DNA of 64,000 nucleotides from Squalus acanthias (lineage: Eukaryota), in assembly GCA_030390025.1 (NCBI GenBank), contig CM059429.1, positions 40,300,001-40,364,000 of the forward strand. The letters are read 5' to 3'. Shown here in pieces: positions 12,880-25,499 of the stretch. Numbering within the stretch: the first letter of the stretch is position 1; every line of letters begins with the position of its first letter. Below the pieces are notes generated by a model. The model ran no database searches. It saw only the letters and a list, made by a program, of their open reading frames with translations, and was not told the DNA's origin. Position numbers and translations under genes: made by a program.

Positions 12880-14210
12880 GGCTTACATTCAGATTGCCTG
12901 GAGAACTCTTACAGCATGCCTGGCAGGAGGTGGCAACCTGGCTGAATGCTAACGACAGTACCTGCAGGACCTGGAACAAATGTGGGAGAAGACAACACAC
13001 TTAAGGTAAGACTACCCAACAACACCACGTACCAGGTAGGTAAATGGCCCAAGATTACATGGCACAATATGTTGCCTGTCAACGCATTAAGCTTTCATTG
13101 CTTGCCCTTGACAAACCTTCACAGAACCTTACAGCTCCATCATTGCAGCTCATCCATATCCACACCGCACCAGGGCACACCATCAAGATGCAAATTACAA
13201 TTAAAATTTCCTTCACGAGTACAGCGTCTCAAGAATACTTTTCCGCTTGAACTACAAATTTCATGCAGAAAATTGCCTGTAGGTGAAATTGAAAGGGATG
13301 CAAACAATTAAAGGGTATGATGACTCACTGTCAGAATAGTGAAACAAAAATCCTTGCAGCACTTAGGAAAGCTTCAATACACACCTCAGCCCACCAGCAG
13401 ACTTTACTTTGTCTGAAAGGGAAGAAGGCTAAGAAGTGACAGGCAAAAATGAAGTAAAAGGAAACCAAGATGCAGGCATAAGTCTACAGGCAGGTGACAG
13501 CAGCCCAACACCCTCCCTGTTTGATAGCTGCTGAACTGGAGGTGGTGCTGCCTGAGGTAGTTGCAAGGTCTTGTTTGCCACTCCACAACTCCATGCTCGT
13601 AACTCTACAATTCAGTGTGCCTGTCGGGAGATGAGGCAGGTTGGAGGTCTCAGTACCTCAGTGGTGCTGCCACTCTATGCTGCATGTTAGCTGGAAGGTG
13701 TCCTCACAGCAGATGACACAGCTCTGCCTCTCTGCTTAGACATACCCTGTGACTACAGCTCCCCATGGTCCTTGCCTGGTAAGTGTACCAAGGCCTGCAG
13801 ATATAGTTGGTGGCACCTTGCTGGAAGTAGCCAATCAGGCTCTGTTGGCTACTGTTTACCCTAGCATGCCTTTCATGCAGTGCCACTTAATGCATGACAT
13901 ACTGTGATTGGGATGCTTCTGCAGGACCATCCGGCAAATACAGTTAGTCAGGCTTTCACATATGTTGGGCTTGGTATAATAGCATTCCTTGTGAACTGTA
14001 GGCTCTGCATGAATTAATCCTTTGTGGGTACGAGTATACCAATTGGTGAGCACACAACATCCGAGATGCACCCTGGCCTTCCCAGCAACCCTCAGTTGCT
14101 TCTCATCTTCTTCCAGAAGATACAAGGGGATCCCAAGGGGAAACCCAATGTTGCACAGTAGCAGCTGGAGGAAGAAAAAAGGCTGTGCCATATCAAATGC
14201 CACAAACTAA
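12880..14210. mobile_element. Decayed PIF/Harbinger remnant (Myb/SANT fragment on +, possible transposase N-terminal fragment on -)
   Basis: 12915-13001 (+) translates HAWQEVATWLNANDSTCRTWNKCGRRQHT followed by aag|gtaaga. The minus ORF 13704..13886 ends RVCLSREAELCHLL, similar to the Harbinger transposase RLRLSRE..xELCHLL. Confidence 0.55.
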
Positions 14211-14602
14211 GATGAATACCTAAGTGGCAAGAGTAGAAAACAAAAAGAAACCAACAAAAGAGTTTAGAAATTACCTCACAATTTGAGAAACCATTTTCTT
14301 GCTAAGCTTCTTTAACCTGACTTCCACATTCAGCTCAGCACTAATTCTAGATGCTCATTTTCATGGGTGGGAATATGAATGAGCATCCAGCATGCACCAA
14401 TATTGGAAAATTACATACCGGATATTCCCTCCAATGTAAATATATTAATGAGGCTCCCACTTGTTTCCGACAGCTGCTCCCTGCCCCCGCAAATGTATGC
14501 GACACACAAAGTGAGCAGAGGCCCAGCATAACAGATTTCCATACACTTTACCCATCAGGTTTGCCCAATTTACAATTTGACCAGAAAATCTAGGCCCACA
14601 TA

Positions 14603-15445
14603 TAGGCCGGAAGTTTTAAGTTTCTGACCTGCCCGGAACGTGGGGTCTGGTAGAGCGCGCACGCTGTGGAGTTGCGTGCATGTGACGTCATGGACAGGTT
14701 CCCCGCCCGGAAGCCAGCCTGATTGACAAGCTGGCTTCCAGTCGGGATGGGAATGCTGGACAGGAGGCCACAACAAACAGGTAGATGCGGGGTCCGATCC
14801 CAGGGGGTGGGGGCAACGGGTGGGGCGGTTCCAATCCAGGGGGGCTGGGTCCTATCCCGGGGGGCGGGTCCTATCCCAGGGGGGGCCGGGTCCTATCCCA
14901 GGGGGGGCGGGTCCTATCCCAGGGGGGTCCGGGTCCTATCCCAGGGGGGGCCGGGTCCTATCCCAGGGGGGGCCGGGTCCTATCCCAGGGGGGGCCAGGT
15001 CCTATCCCAGGGGGGGGTGGTCCAATCCCAGGGGGGGGGGCGGTCCTATCGCCAACCCGGGGGCGGGGGGCCGGTGGTGTTGTTTGTATGGAGCGGGCCT
15101 GATGGTTGGTGAGTTTGGGGGGCCTGGAGGAAGCACTCCAGCTCCTCCTGGCCCACAGGATCGCTCCCCGTGGCTGCCCTCTCCTCGCTGCAGCTACTGG
15201 AAATCCTGGGTCTCGCCGTCGGCTGCAGTTTAACCTGCACAGCAGGTTAAATCAGAGGATTCAGAGCTTCATTATCATATTTAAAGTGCCATCCCGCCTC
15301 CTGGCAGCGGGTTGGCTGCCCGTCCCCCGTCCCACCTGAGTAAAAGCCGAAAGTGGGCGGGTTGGGGTCGGGATTTAGATTTTTAATACTTTAACTTCCC
15401 CCCCACCCCTAACCCACATGTTTTTTTCAGGTTAAAATTACCCCC
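14603..15445. mobile_element. GC-rich Harbinger-like non-autonomous element containing a tandem repeat
   Basis: Ends aggccggaagttttaag ... gttaaaattacccc; CpG-rich interior in an AT-rich context. Confidence 0.55.
14846..15060. repeat. ~22-24-bp tandem repeat gggtcctatcccagggggggcc, about 9 copies
   Basis: Directly visible, with variable G-run length. Confidence 0.9.
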
Positions 15446-17081
15446 ATAATGTTGAACTTTTACATGTTAGTGAACTGGTTTAGAATGAGGTTGGAATCAT
15501 TTTACTGCATCTCTTCAGCAAAGATGCAGATTGCAAGAGAATACAGAAATCATTTCCCCTCCTCCTTCAGTCTGTATTTCTGGGTTCAGGGCATTTTACT
15601 GGACTGTACATTCCCTCAGCATAGGTCTGCCTCCTGAAAGGGTCATATGCCTGGAAGCAGGGGAGCAAAGCCAACCGCCGGTGCAGGCCTGAAGTTTGCA
15701 GCAGCTGTAATGGCAGTCAGTCCAAAAATAGCAGCCAGAGGGCCTTAGGCCCCAAAAGTCCAGTGCGGCACCTGGAAAACAAGTTTTTGGCCTCCATCTA
15801 CTTGTTACCTGTTGCTTCTCAGATCCTCTGACCTGAATGGGGCTGGGTGCAAAGCCTAAGGTCCATTTACTGTCAGCGCAACTGTAAATGGGCATCGCCT
15901 GGCATGGACTCAAGAAAATGTGCGGTGAGGCTCTGTGATGTAATTTCCACTGCATTTGCATAGGTTTTCCATGCTTGCTCCTGTATTGGTGAAAGCATTC
16001 CCAGCTCCCTCGGGGGACCACCAGGATTTACCCGGCCAACACAAAGGGTAGTGTATTGCATGGTAATACTTGGATGAAGACAAAATGCAAATTCAGATTA
16101 GAACAGATCTAAATTACAAGCTGCCTTTTGAAGTCCATAGTAAAATCAGGTTAAACACGCAATAAACAATTTACGAACCTTCTCTTCTAGCATGGAGCTC
16201 TGTTATATGGGACCACAGGCTACGAAATGATGATGCCTGCTCGAGTCGCCACAGTAAGAGTTTTACCTTACTGAGAAGCAGCTTAATACACGTGTCCAAC
16301 TGACTAGCAACACTATACTCTCTCCTAACCCCACCGCAGCACCCCCCCCCCCCCCCCCCAACAACAGAGAGGAATACCTGCCATGGCCAATGACTTCCCC
16401 TTCTCCCTGCCCTGGGAAAGAATCCGTGCCCATTTCTCCTACCACATTGAGCCAAAAACCTACACTCTGTCCCCCAGCCCCCCTACTGTAAAGAAAACCA
16501 GCACTGTTTCCCCCCACCCTACATAGAGATGGAAATTGGCCCTGGACCAATACAACTCCTCCAGCTCCCATTGTGAGGAAAACTAACTCTGGTCCACTGC
16601 ACCCTCCCTCACTGGGAAGAAAGTCAGCACTAGTCTAGGGTCACCCGCTACTTCCCCATCCCTTGTTGTACCCTCTGCTCCATGCCCTGTCCCAATCATC
16701 TTTCCCCTTCCCCTTTCCCCTCTCCTCCTCTGCCCATAATCCCTATCTTCACCCTCCTGCCCCACTGTGAAGGATGACCTATTGCACCCTCTTCCAATTA
16801 AGAAGAAAACGAGCCGTGTCTCAGTGCCACCCACCCGGTATTGCCCCAACTCTTCTTCCTTCCCTATCACCCTTCTCTTCCCCGTCTCCTGCTCCCCAAC
16901 TCCCTCCCCATCCACTTGCCTCATCCCACTCTCCATCTACCTCCCCCATCCTCCTCTTACCCTGCTCTCCCATCTTCTGCTCCTTCGTCCTATGCCTGGG
17001 TCCAGTTATTCCCCCATCTTCTAACCCTGTTTGGCCCCAATACTAAAACTAATCTAGACTCCACGTGTGCAATGCTACAGA

Positions 17082-17112
<31 letters not shown>

Positions 17113-18833
17113 ATATGCATACATATACACCGACCTGTCGCATCTGCACAGCATCCACATAATCCAATGTTAGCTCTGAAAAAGCAGCTGGCTCCATCTG
17201 TTACATTTGAGAGTAATGCCTGGATTCTATAATTATATGACTGCTGAATTCTGTCTCTAATGCACCCATCTTAAGTGTTTGCAGTAATTAATTTCTTTTG
17301 CAGTTGGTAAACAAATTCATCAGCCTCTGTGGGTGATCAATGTTATGTTCAGTCAAGCAACAGCTCAGTCAATATTTTATCAATGCGCATTCAGGCAGAA
17401 AGTTATCTATCAAGACAACAAGGGGTATAAATCTGCTTTCCTAAATAGCATGCTAGTTATGTATAATCAGGGTAGTGGGAGGTCCAAGGCGTCCACAGGA
17501 CAGTAAAATCAATATTCAGCTATAATGGGCATATGGGACATCTCTTCTGATGCAATTAAGTGTATTCCACCACTGGGAGAGGATGATGTATGGCTGAGGC
17601 CAGATGTTGACACCATAAGGGTTTATAGTGGCCACCTAACAAAATATAAGGTGATCTTATACTCCAACTATATTTATCATAGGCAATTCCTTCAAGATAA
17701 AAAGGTCAAATTTACATAAAAAGAAAATTAATGTTTTAAATAAAATGGCAGGGCAGTAACTGGGGCAACCTTACATGCAGGAAATCATTTATAGTACAGG
17801 CTTAGTGCTGCATATAAAGTGACTGCCTCCAACTGTATACATCACCTGGCCTTTTGTCGTACACACTATTGAATGAGAAAGAACAATGAATATTAATAAA
17901 GATCAATGAAAGCTCTAGTTTGTGCTCGGATGAAAGAACTAGATCTATTGACTATAGTCAAATCATACCTTACAAATTGTGAAATGAACTTTCAACTATT
18001 GAATTACCATCAACAACCAGTAATTTCTATTATTTATTAGCCTTGTATACCTTGGTTAGAAAAACAAAAGCTATATCAAGATAATGACGTTCAGAGAGCA
18101 GACATTTCATTATGACTTTCTATATAATCGAAGCCTAGGTACATTTTAAAAGCGGTACTTCTTTTTAAATGTAATTTATATCATGCAGCAGTGAAAAAAC
18201 TTAGCCAAGAAAGCATGTGATTTATATTTGGATGCCTCACCTGCATGAACAGGTTCATAATTTAGCAAAATAGCTGAATATTAGGGATTTAATATTCTAG
18301 AGTCATAGGTGCCCTTTGTCTGGTAAAAAGAATAAAACAACAAAAAAATCTAGTGATGTTGTAAAATAAATAGATTTACATGTACTGTATAATTCTAAAC
18401 AAAAAGAACTGGTATGACAGGTGAGGCCTGATAAAGAGGATTTCCAATTATTTCTCCTTAGCTAGAACTGTCCCACCCTAAAGTTCTCATAGATTTTTTC
18501 AAAGCAACACGTAAAAGCTCTATAGAATAAATACTGAGAAGACCAACGCTTCTGGCAACCTGACAAAATTTGCCCTTTTATGTACTATACATCACAATGT
18601 AGTTGTTTTTTTAAAGGTACGGTATAATTGTCTCTCTTTCTATTAGTCTCCTTGCACCATGTCCAATACCAGAAGGCTTCCATCTATTATTGGCCTCCAG
18701 GAGATGCACAAGATCGGCCAGAGTCACTCTCCCACAAAAGCAATCCTACCCTACCTGTAACAAAGGGTCTGACCTCCACCCTGTGCCTCCACACAACAAC
18801 TAAGTCTTGTGCGATTCTGCTGTATGACACAGT

Positions 18834-19043
18834 GGGGCAGATTTTTGTCTTTACCACCTGGCTGGTGCGGTAATCTGGGGGGTGGGGTGGGGGGGGAGGC
18901 GTGGATGACACTTTATGGAACCTGCCTGGTTTTCATTTCATTGAAATCGATGGAACGAAAATCAGGTGGACTCTATATAAACACACAGGGGTAGATTTCT
19001 GTTTTGGGCCCCCACCTAGGTGGTGAAGACAAAACTCTACCCC
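18834..19043. mobile_element. MITE with ~27-bp TIRs and a 3-bp target duplication (Harbinger-like)
   Basis: ggggcagatttttgtctttaccacctgg ... cctaggtggtgaagacaaaactctacccc; AGT on both sides (18831-18833 and 19044-19046). Confidence 0.8.
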
Positions 19044-19679
19044 AGTGTGTTTCAGCACCAGCATGCTGTGCCGCAATCTATGTAAATAGATGACCACATG
19101 AAAAGGATTTTAAAAAGCATGCTTGACTGACCATTGCTTGTGACTGCCTGCATTTACTGAAAACTTCCAGCATGGACTGATTGGTTTCCTTATTTCATCA
19201 TTTAACAAGACACTCTTGCAAAGATAATCTGCGGAATTAGATGTGGGTTGTGCAAATCACATCAGGGCAGGCAAAACAATCTGCTGCATAGTTTGGATTT
19301 GATGTACATACTAAAATCACCAAAGTAAGAACAATTCTTTAAACATTCACTCAAGGAGATCTTTACTTATTATTTTGCAGTGTAGAGATGTGCCAGAAAT
19401 AATCTTATAAAGGTTTGTTTTATAAAATATAGATTTTTTTTGGTCATCCTAATGAAATAGCCTGAAAGTGCTACTGAGGTATGCTGCAAATCTAGAAGTT
19501 TTATGTGGAAAACAATTACATTTATACTATAAGAATTTATTCCTCAACTTGATGAGATTATTCTGTGCATGCTCAGGAAGAGATCCCATTTTTTGTTCTT
19601 TACCGGATGACTAATGAAAGTCTCTATTCTTCAGAAGTAAATAAAATAGTATTGATGTGCAGAACAGAAAAACATTTAG

Positions 19680-19832
19680 ACCCAGAATTTTCTTGGAACT
19701 GAACCTGCTCTGGCAGTAACTTGGCTGGAAGTGCGTCAAAAGCCCCACTTACACGTGTAGACGTGGTTTCTGGTGCACTTCCAGTGAAGTTTATGGTGGA
19801 GGAGCGGGAGCAGCTCCTAGAAAATTCCAGAG
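19680..19832. mobile_element. Degenerate foldback MITE
   Basis: gaattttcttggaactg..cctgctct pairs with ggagcgggagcagctcctagaaaattc; inner ctggaagtgc pairs with gcacttccag. Confidence 0.55.
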
Positions 19833-19924
19833 GTTAATCTTCAAACTTCACCTGGAATGTCCATTTGTGTTTTGACTCAACAGTGCTCAATTAGGTACTT
19901 TTATTATAGAATGACTGTATAAAA

Positions 19925-20525
19925 TTTTCTGATGACACCAAACTATATGAGCAGGTAACTACTCTAAGGAAGTTTGAATGTATTAGAAGAATATGGTCAA
20001 TGGGATCTGGAATAATAGATTTATTTTTAATGTGAAAATAAATGTAAAGTAACACACATTGCAAGAATTATAGATACACAGTGAATGAGTTCGACTTTCC
20101 ACAATTCACTGAAAGTGTCAAGGCAATGTGAAGCTGAAAAATTGCTAATCAGATTATGGGATACATCTTAAGGACCTCTATTATAAATTAAAACAGATTA
20201 TTTACGCCAGTATAACTGATTCTTAAGGCTAATTTAGATTATTGTGCACAATTTAAGCACCTTACTTTAAAAAGTCAATGATGCATTGCAGAAGATTTAA
20301 GAAGTAAGACTGATTTAACTTTCTGGAGTTTTACTCAATTATCTTTGAGAATCAGTGAAAATTTAATCCAGGTTTCCCTTCCTGGACATTTACTTTTGTC
20401 TAGTTGCCTTCCTCAGGAGACTGAATGGATTGGGTGAAGCTCATGTCAGGATGAATTTTACATGGTCTGTGGAAGCAATGGGCTTGATGGGCTCAAAGGC
20501 CTTTTTTGATCCATATTTCTTATAT
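19925..20525 (+). mobile_element. Highly decayed CR1 LINE
   Basis: gatgacaccaaact (DDTKL), ttttaatgtg..aaatgtaaagt (FNV.KCKV) and a 3' UTR ttgatgggctcaaaggcc..tttcttat. Confidence 0.6.
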
Positions 20526-21022
20526 TGCTAAAACTAGTTAGGAAAATTAATTTCCCTACCAAAAACAATAACATGTCTTTACTTCCTGGTAATGTTCCTT
20601 TTTTGTGGAGGGAGACGTTCTGAATGCAAAGCTTGGCAGAAGCTTCTTAGGTTGTTGAATCTGCATACATCAAGTATATACACATAACGGGTCTCATCCA
20701 TCACGTATACAGTCCTTTCCAAACCACAGCAGTCTCAATTCCCAGCATAATCTAGGTTCCAAAGGACAGTATAACCAGTTTAAATCCTTCCCAATACAGT
20801 CTAAATCAATTTCTGACAGATTTCCCTTCATTAGTATTTTATTACTAGTTTCTATTGAAATCATTTGTGGTAAAGCTGTAGCCAGGTTTGATAAAGGAAC
20901 ATAAGAAAGCCCGGAATGGGAAAAGGCATTCCTGCCCATTCATTTTATTAGACCATGAACATTCTGCCCTGTCATGGGTGGAAAGAGTCAAAAATACCTG
21001 AACCACTTGATCATTTTCCTAC

Positions 21023-21695
21023 CTTGGCAAGCAGTCTTCTGTTCAGCAGATTCATATCCAGCAGAGCAGGTACAAGCTCCAACAGGTACCATCCACTCCC
21101 CGTCCCCATTACAATACAGCTTCAAGGGGACAGATACTTCAATAGCGTTACTGAGACAGGTACCAGGAGCAATGACAAGTGATGTAGGTTCTGCTCCAGT
21201 AACTGTTTCTGGAAAAACTGCGAAATTTGCAATCTCAGATGGGCATTTCTTGTAGAACACACGCAGAGAAATGATTGACATGCATGATCCCAGATCCTGA
21301 AACGCTAGGTAGAATCCACTCTTGGACAATGGACCAAAGCTTCTGATCTTCGTGTTGACTCTCCCAGACTCCAGTTTGGAAAAACTCTCATCTGGTGCAA
21401 TGGTGTCCACTTTCACATAAGGGTTCTCCATCCAGAATGGAGCAGATGCTGTTGCTGAGTCTGTGTCAGACTCATAGTAAAATAAATTAAAAGTTTCCTT
21501 ACAAGAACCTGGGATATTTGGTATACTGTTGCAGTCCCGCACAGTGAATTTCATCTCCACATATACTCTCTGAACGTCTTTACGTACTATGTAAGTAGTT
21601 CGAAGCCAATTATTCTGGTTTGCTTCCATCACATTACAAACCTGGTACGTGCGAATAGGATTCATTCCATCGTCATATCCACTTACTTCTTCCCA
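21023..21695 (-). CDS. EPHB3: EPHB3-like coding exon 3 (673 bp): ephrin ligand-binding domain plus cysteine-rich sushi region, [20 protein letters not shown]...KTACQ
   Basis: Overlaps ORF 20988..21665. Acceptor ttgttcag|TGG GAA, donor CAAG|gtagga. Motifs [56 protein letters not shown] and the short [14 protein letters not shown] loop resemble EPHB3 rather than EPHB1/2. Confidence 0.97.
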
Positions 21696-24344
21696 CTGAA
21701 CAAAGAAAACAAAGAATATTTGTTGTAACAGTAAAAAAAATCACTAACATTTTACAAATAATATGTTAATATTATCCACATATTAACTATAAAAATGGTT
21801 CTATTGGGACTAAAGCTTCAAGTTGTCTATTAGTATTATACTGGATTGGTGATGTCATAGTCACGCGGGTTCTTAATCATTTAAAGAAAAATATTTAATT
21901 GCCGCTGCGATCCCTGCAATATTGCTGTACTTCTTAAAGCATTCATATGTATATGATCACAATTTGTGATACATATTTTAGTGCCATCCTGCTCGAAGCA
22001 AATATTTTCATACATCCAACACAATATTTAATTTACCATTCTAATCAGCTTTTGTTTTACATAAACATTTTTTTGTGGTCAGAAATGTTACTGTGTACAA
22101 GAAAATCCATACTGCAAATTTGTGTAATCTTTGCTGCTTGACTTCCAAGAACACAGACTGACATTGGAGGCTACTGGCTTAGGCAAACTAAAATCAACTG
22201 TGAAGATTTATTTTCTAAATTGTGATTATAGATGTCTAGGCGGCTAGATTTACTAAGTAGTTAATAGCTGTTAAAGGTTAAAGGTCCCATCAGGTTTGGT
22301 CATGTCAATGTAACGCCCAAGGCTGCTCTTTTGGAAAGTATCCAGACCTCTCTCAGGAGCCTGGACTGAAACTTGTTGAGGGAGCAAATGCTTTTTAAAG
22401 GTATGGCTAATATTAATGGTAGGCATACTGAACATTACTTGCAGCTTACAACATGTGAAACCATTGTTTTCACACAAATTGCAAACAAATTTAGTATTTT
22501 TAAATCACCAAAACAACTTCAAAGAATCTAATTACATTTCATTTTTTTTCCTGATTTGTGAAATAATTTAACTTAAATAATCAGTATAGAGTGTGGTCAC
22601 ACAGTGCAGTTAATTATGTCTTTCTAAAAAGGAAATTATATCAGAGTAGAGATAAATTGTAAAAATGATTATGATCATCAGCTTTGGATGAGGGAACTGG
22701 AAGAGGAAGATGGACATGGTATGCAATGCCACTCAAACATTTCTAACTGGATGAGGTATGTTCAACAGGTTAAACTGCCTCTTCTTGTTCCACTTCATAC
22801 ATTCTTCTGTTTATCTTTCACAACTATCACAAACGCATCTTAAGACATAACTTATGTGGTTGCAGCACATGCTACTTATTGCTGTAAATTTCCAAAAAGT
22901 TGGCAACCACAATCCATTTCAAAACAATTTATTAGAATGTTTGTACACATATTTAAATTGAAGAGTCTCCTTATTAATTTATGAACATAGATTACACAAA
23001 GATAAACACAGTTGAGGAAGGCCCTTTGATGCAGTTATCTTATCCATCCACTGCCCATCTGGGACTTTTATGTAAAGAGTGTCCTTTTAAAGCAATTGAA
23101 AAATATTTATTGAAAACAAAAATCAAGTCAAACTCAGACTTCACTTATGACGAGAATTTTTGCTTTGTTACGTGTAAAGCCCTAATAAACCATGCACATT
23201 AGATATAAAAAGGCCATATGATAAATACAGTGGGTAAATACATACTTTACACATGTATAATTGCACTCAGTTTTATATACAGAGGTGAAAATTGTCCACA
23301 ATCTTTGTCATATTAAATAATGAAAGATATTTTGACTCAATGCCCAATCTTTTTCTTCTATTGAGAAGCTTCACATCTATTCAAATATTCCTCCCCTTAT
23401 TGCCATTGGCAGAAAATGTTCTGTAACATATTTCATTAAACAACTAAAGCTGAGGCCTTAAACGTACAGAATTTTTTTTTGCAATGCCACAGGTTTAATC
23501 CTAATATTCCTTTATTTATTAAAGTATATGGTAAATACTTCACCCTTTACCATCACCAACAAAGAAAATTGATGCTAAAGAAAGGTTTGTAAAAAATGAA
23601 ACTTCAAATGCAGCACAATATCTGTGGCCAATGATACCTTACATGCAAATTCTGAGATTTTATGCTAGTGACATTAATCAATCACAGAGCTGTCTTTTTT
23701 CACTTGAAGACAGTTTACCTTCTGTAGGTTAAAATTCACATTTTATTTTTTGGTTCAGGTATTTATTGGTAGGTGGTTTCTACTGGTTTTCTTATCCCTC
23801 CATCTGTCACTCATGGGTTTTGATATGTCAATGACTTCAATGGAAAGGAAAATCCAGAGGTGTGATAAAATGAGCTGCTGATTCTACTGCCCAAGACTAA
23901 TTTCACCCCATATTGTTAATTGTAGACCAGAGTGTGTTGAAGAGTGGAAATACACTGCAGAGGAAAGCAGATCCGCCCAGACATGCAGTCAGTGCTGGTG
24001 TGCAGTATTCACTCGAGTTGGATCAAACACAAAACAGAATTGTTCCAGATTCTCCAGCACCAACACATGGCATAAATAGGGCATAAGATATCTGAGATTT
24101 GGTTGCAAATCGCAACTAATTTTGTTGATTCACTCATGGATAAGCAATACATAGATATGATGTTGAATATTTCTTAGCAATGGTGTCACACAATATCATT
24201 TAATGGATCGATAAAGCTAAATACTAGGAGGTGTTAGGTGTGATGCAGCATGCCCCTTCATTTTAATCTTCCTAATTTAGAAAAAATAAATGCACATCTG
24301 ATCTAAAATTTAAATTCCAATGTACCTAATTGCATACCATTCAC

Positions 24345-24685
24345 AGATTACAGAGATGTCCTGATCCAGCGCTTCACACAACTAATTACTTTTGAAGTGC
24401 AGTGAGTATTGTAATGTAGGCAGTTGCAGCAGCCATTCTGCACCTGCAGCATTCCACAAACAGCAATGAGATGAATGATCAGATAGTCGTGTTTTTAGCG
24501 AAATTAGTTGTCCGGAATATCAGGTTTTTTATGCTTTTTATGTTTCTTTATACAGTGGCTAAAAGAGCTTTAACAATTTTAGTAGACAGAGCAATAGCTT
24601 AACGTCTCATCCAAAGGGCAGCAGCTCCATCAATGCCCAGTTCCTTCAGTACTGCACTGGAATGTCGGCCTAAGAGATCAGCTCA
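24345..24685 (-). mobile_element. Degenerate DeuSINE copy about 90 bp downstream of exon 2
   Basis: Colinear with the 55.5 kb copy (tacttttgaagtg, ccacaaacagcaatg, aacgtctcatcc, cagtactgcactgg). Confidence 0.7.
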
Positions 24686-24777
24686 AAGCTTACGGCAGTA
24701 AAATGATTTGTTAGAAGCTGTTTTTATTATCATTTTAATTTTGTTAGCCAGTAATACATTGTGTAAATTTTCCTTAC

Positions 24778-24842
24778 CCCCGTTTCCGGGTGTGCAGTCC
24801 ATCCCAATTCGGCAGTCGCCCATCTTGAATCCATAAGAGTCT
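24778..24842 (-). CDS. EPHB3: EPHB3-like coding exon 2 (65 bp): (E)TLMDSRWATAELGWTAHPETG
   Basis: Acceptor ccacag|AG ACT and donor ACG GGG|gtaagg; phase 1 in, phase 0 out. The peptide matches the EphB N-terminal ligand-binding-domain strand (ETLMD...ELxW..HP..G). Confidence 0.96.
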
Positions 24843-25499
24843 CTGTGGACCAAAATGGAGGCAAAATCAATGTAAGATCTAATAATGAAAAAATAGCTAT
24901 AAAAATACAAAGCAGTTATCCACAATAACTCACATATTCACACAGAGTCAGAAGAATAAAACATAGCAAAATTTCATTACTGGCCCATTGTACCCATTCC
25001 TCAGAAATATAGCTGCTGCATACAATACGAGTTTGGTCGCCTGCTTTTATAACTCTAATATGCCATTCACTCATAGAGAAGTAACTGTGCAAAAGGTACA
25101 TTTACTTCTTTTGAAACAAATGTTTTGTGCTATATCCACAGCATTTTTTGATTTATGCAGACTACAACCTGGGGGTCTCAGCACATAAATCAACACTTTA
25201 AAAGACAAAGGTTAAGGAAACCAGAGGCACAAATTGCTTGGGAGGGAGGACAGGGTCAAAAGCACAGAGGGGTTTTAAAATAGATCAGGGTAATTCACAT
25301 TAAACATGCCCTACAGCAGAGAAAGACTGTTACAAATCAGTGAAACAGGGGACGATTTTTGTAGCCATATGTGAGGAAGAACAGCTGTTCACCAGCTTGA
25401 CCATTATAAAGGTCTACTGCTAACTTAAATCTGTGTAGATAAATAGATTTCCCAAAATATACTTTGAGCATAAATTGCCAGTTTTGTTCTGTACAGAAG

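Noticed and set aside
11720-12952. Long ORFs (up to 332 aa) on both strands with repeats such as WCTEG, VHGGM, HPSLY and CTIPP
   Set aside because: They are by-products of a 15-bp stop-poor minisatellite; open in most frames, with no gene context.
14723-15339. Gly/Pro-rich collagen- or elastin-like ORFs
   Set aside because: Translations of the G-rich tandem repeat inside a transposon.
16300-17030. Several 80-120-aa ORFs in C/T-rich sequence
   Set aside because: Low-complexity composition with no recognisable domain or exon structure.
1-20980. Search for EPHB3 exon 4 (CP.G..K...G...C..CP.NS)
   Set aside because: No matching minus-strand exon was found by eye; it probably lies outside the window, though a miss cannot be excluded.
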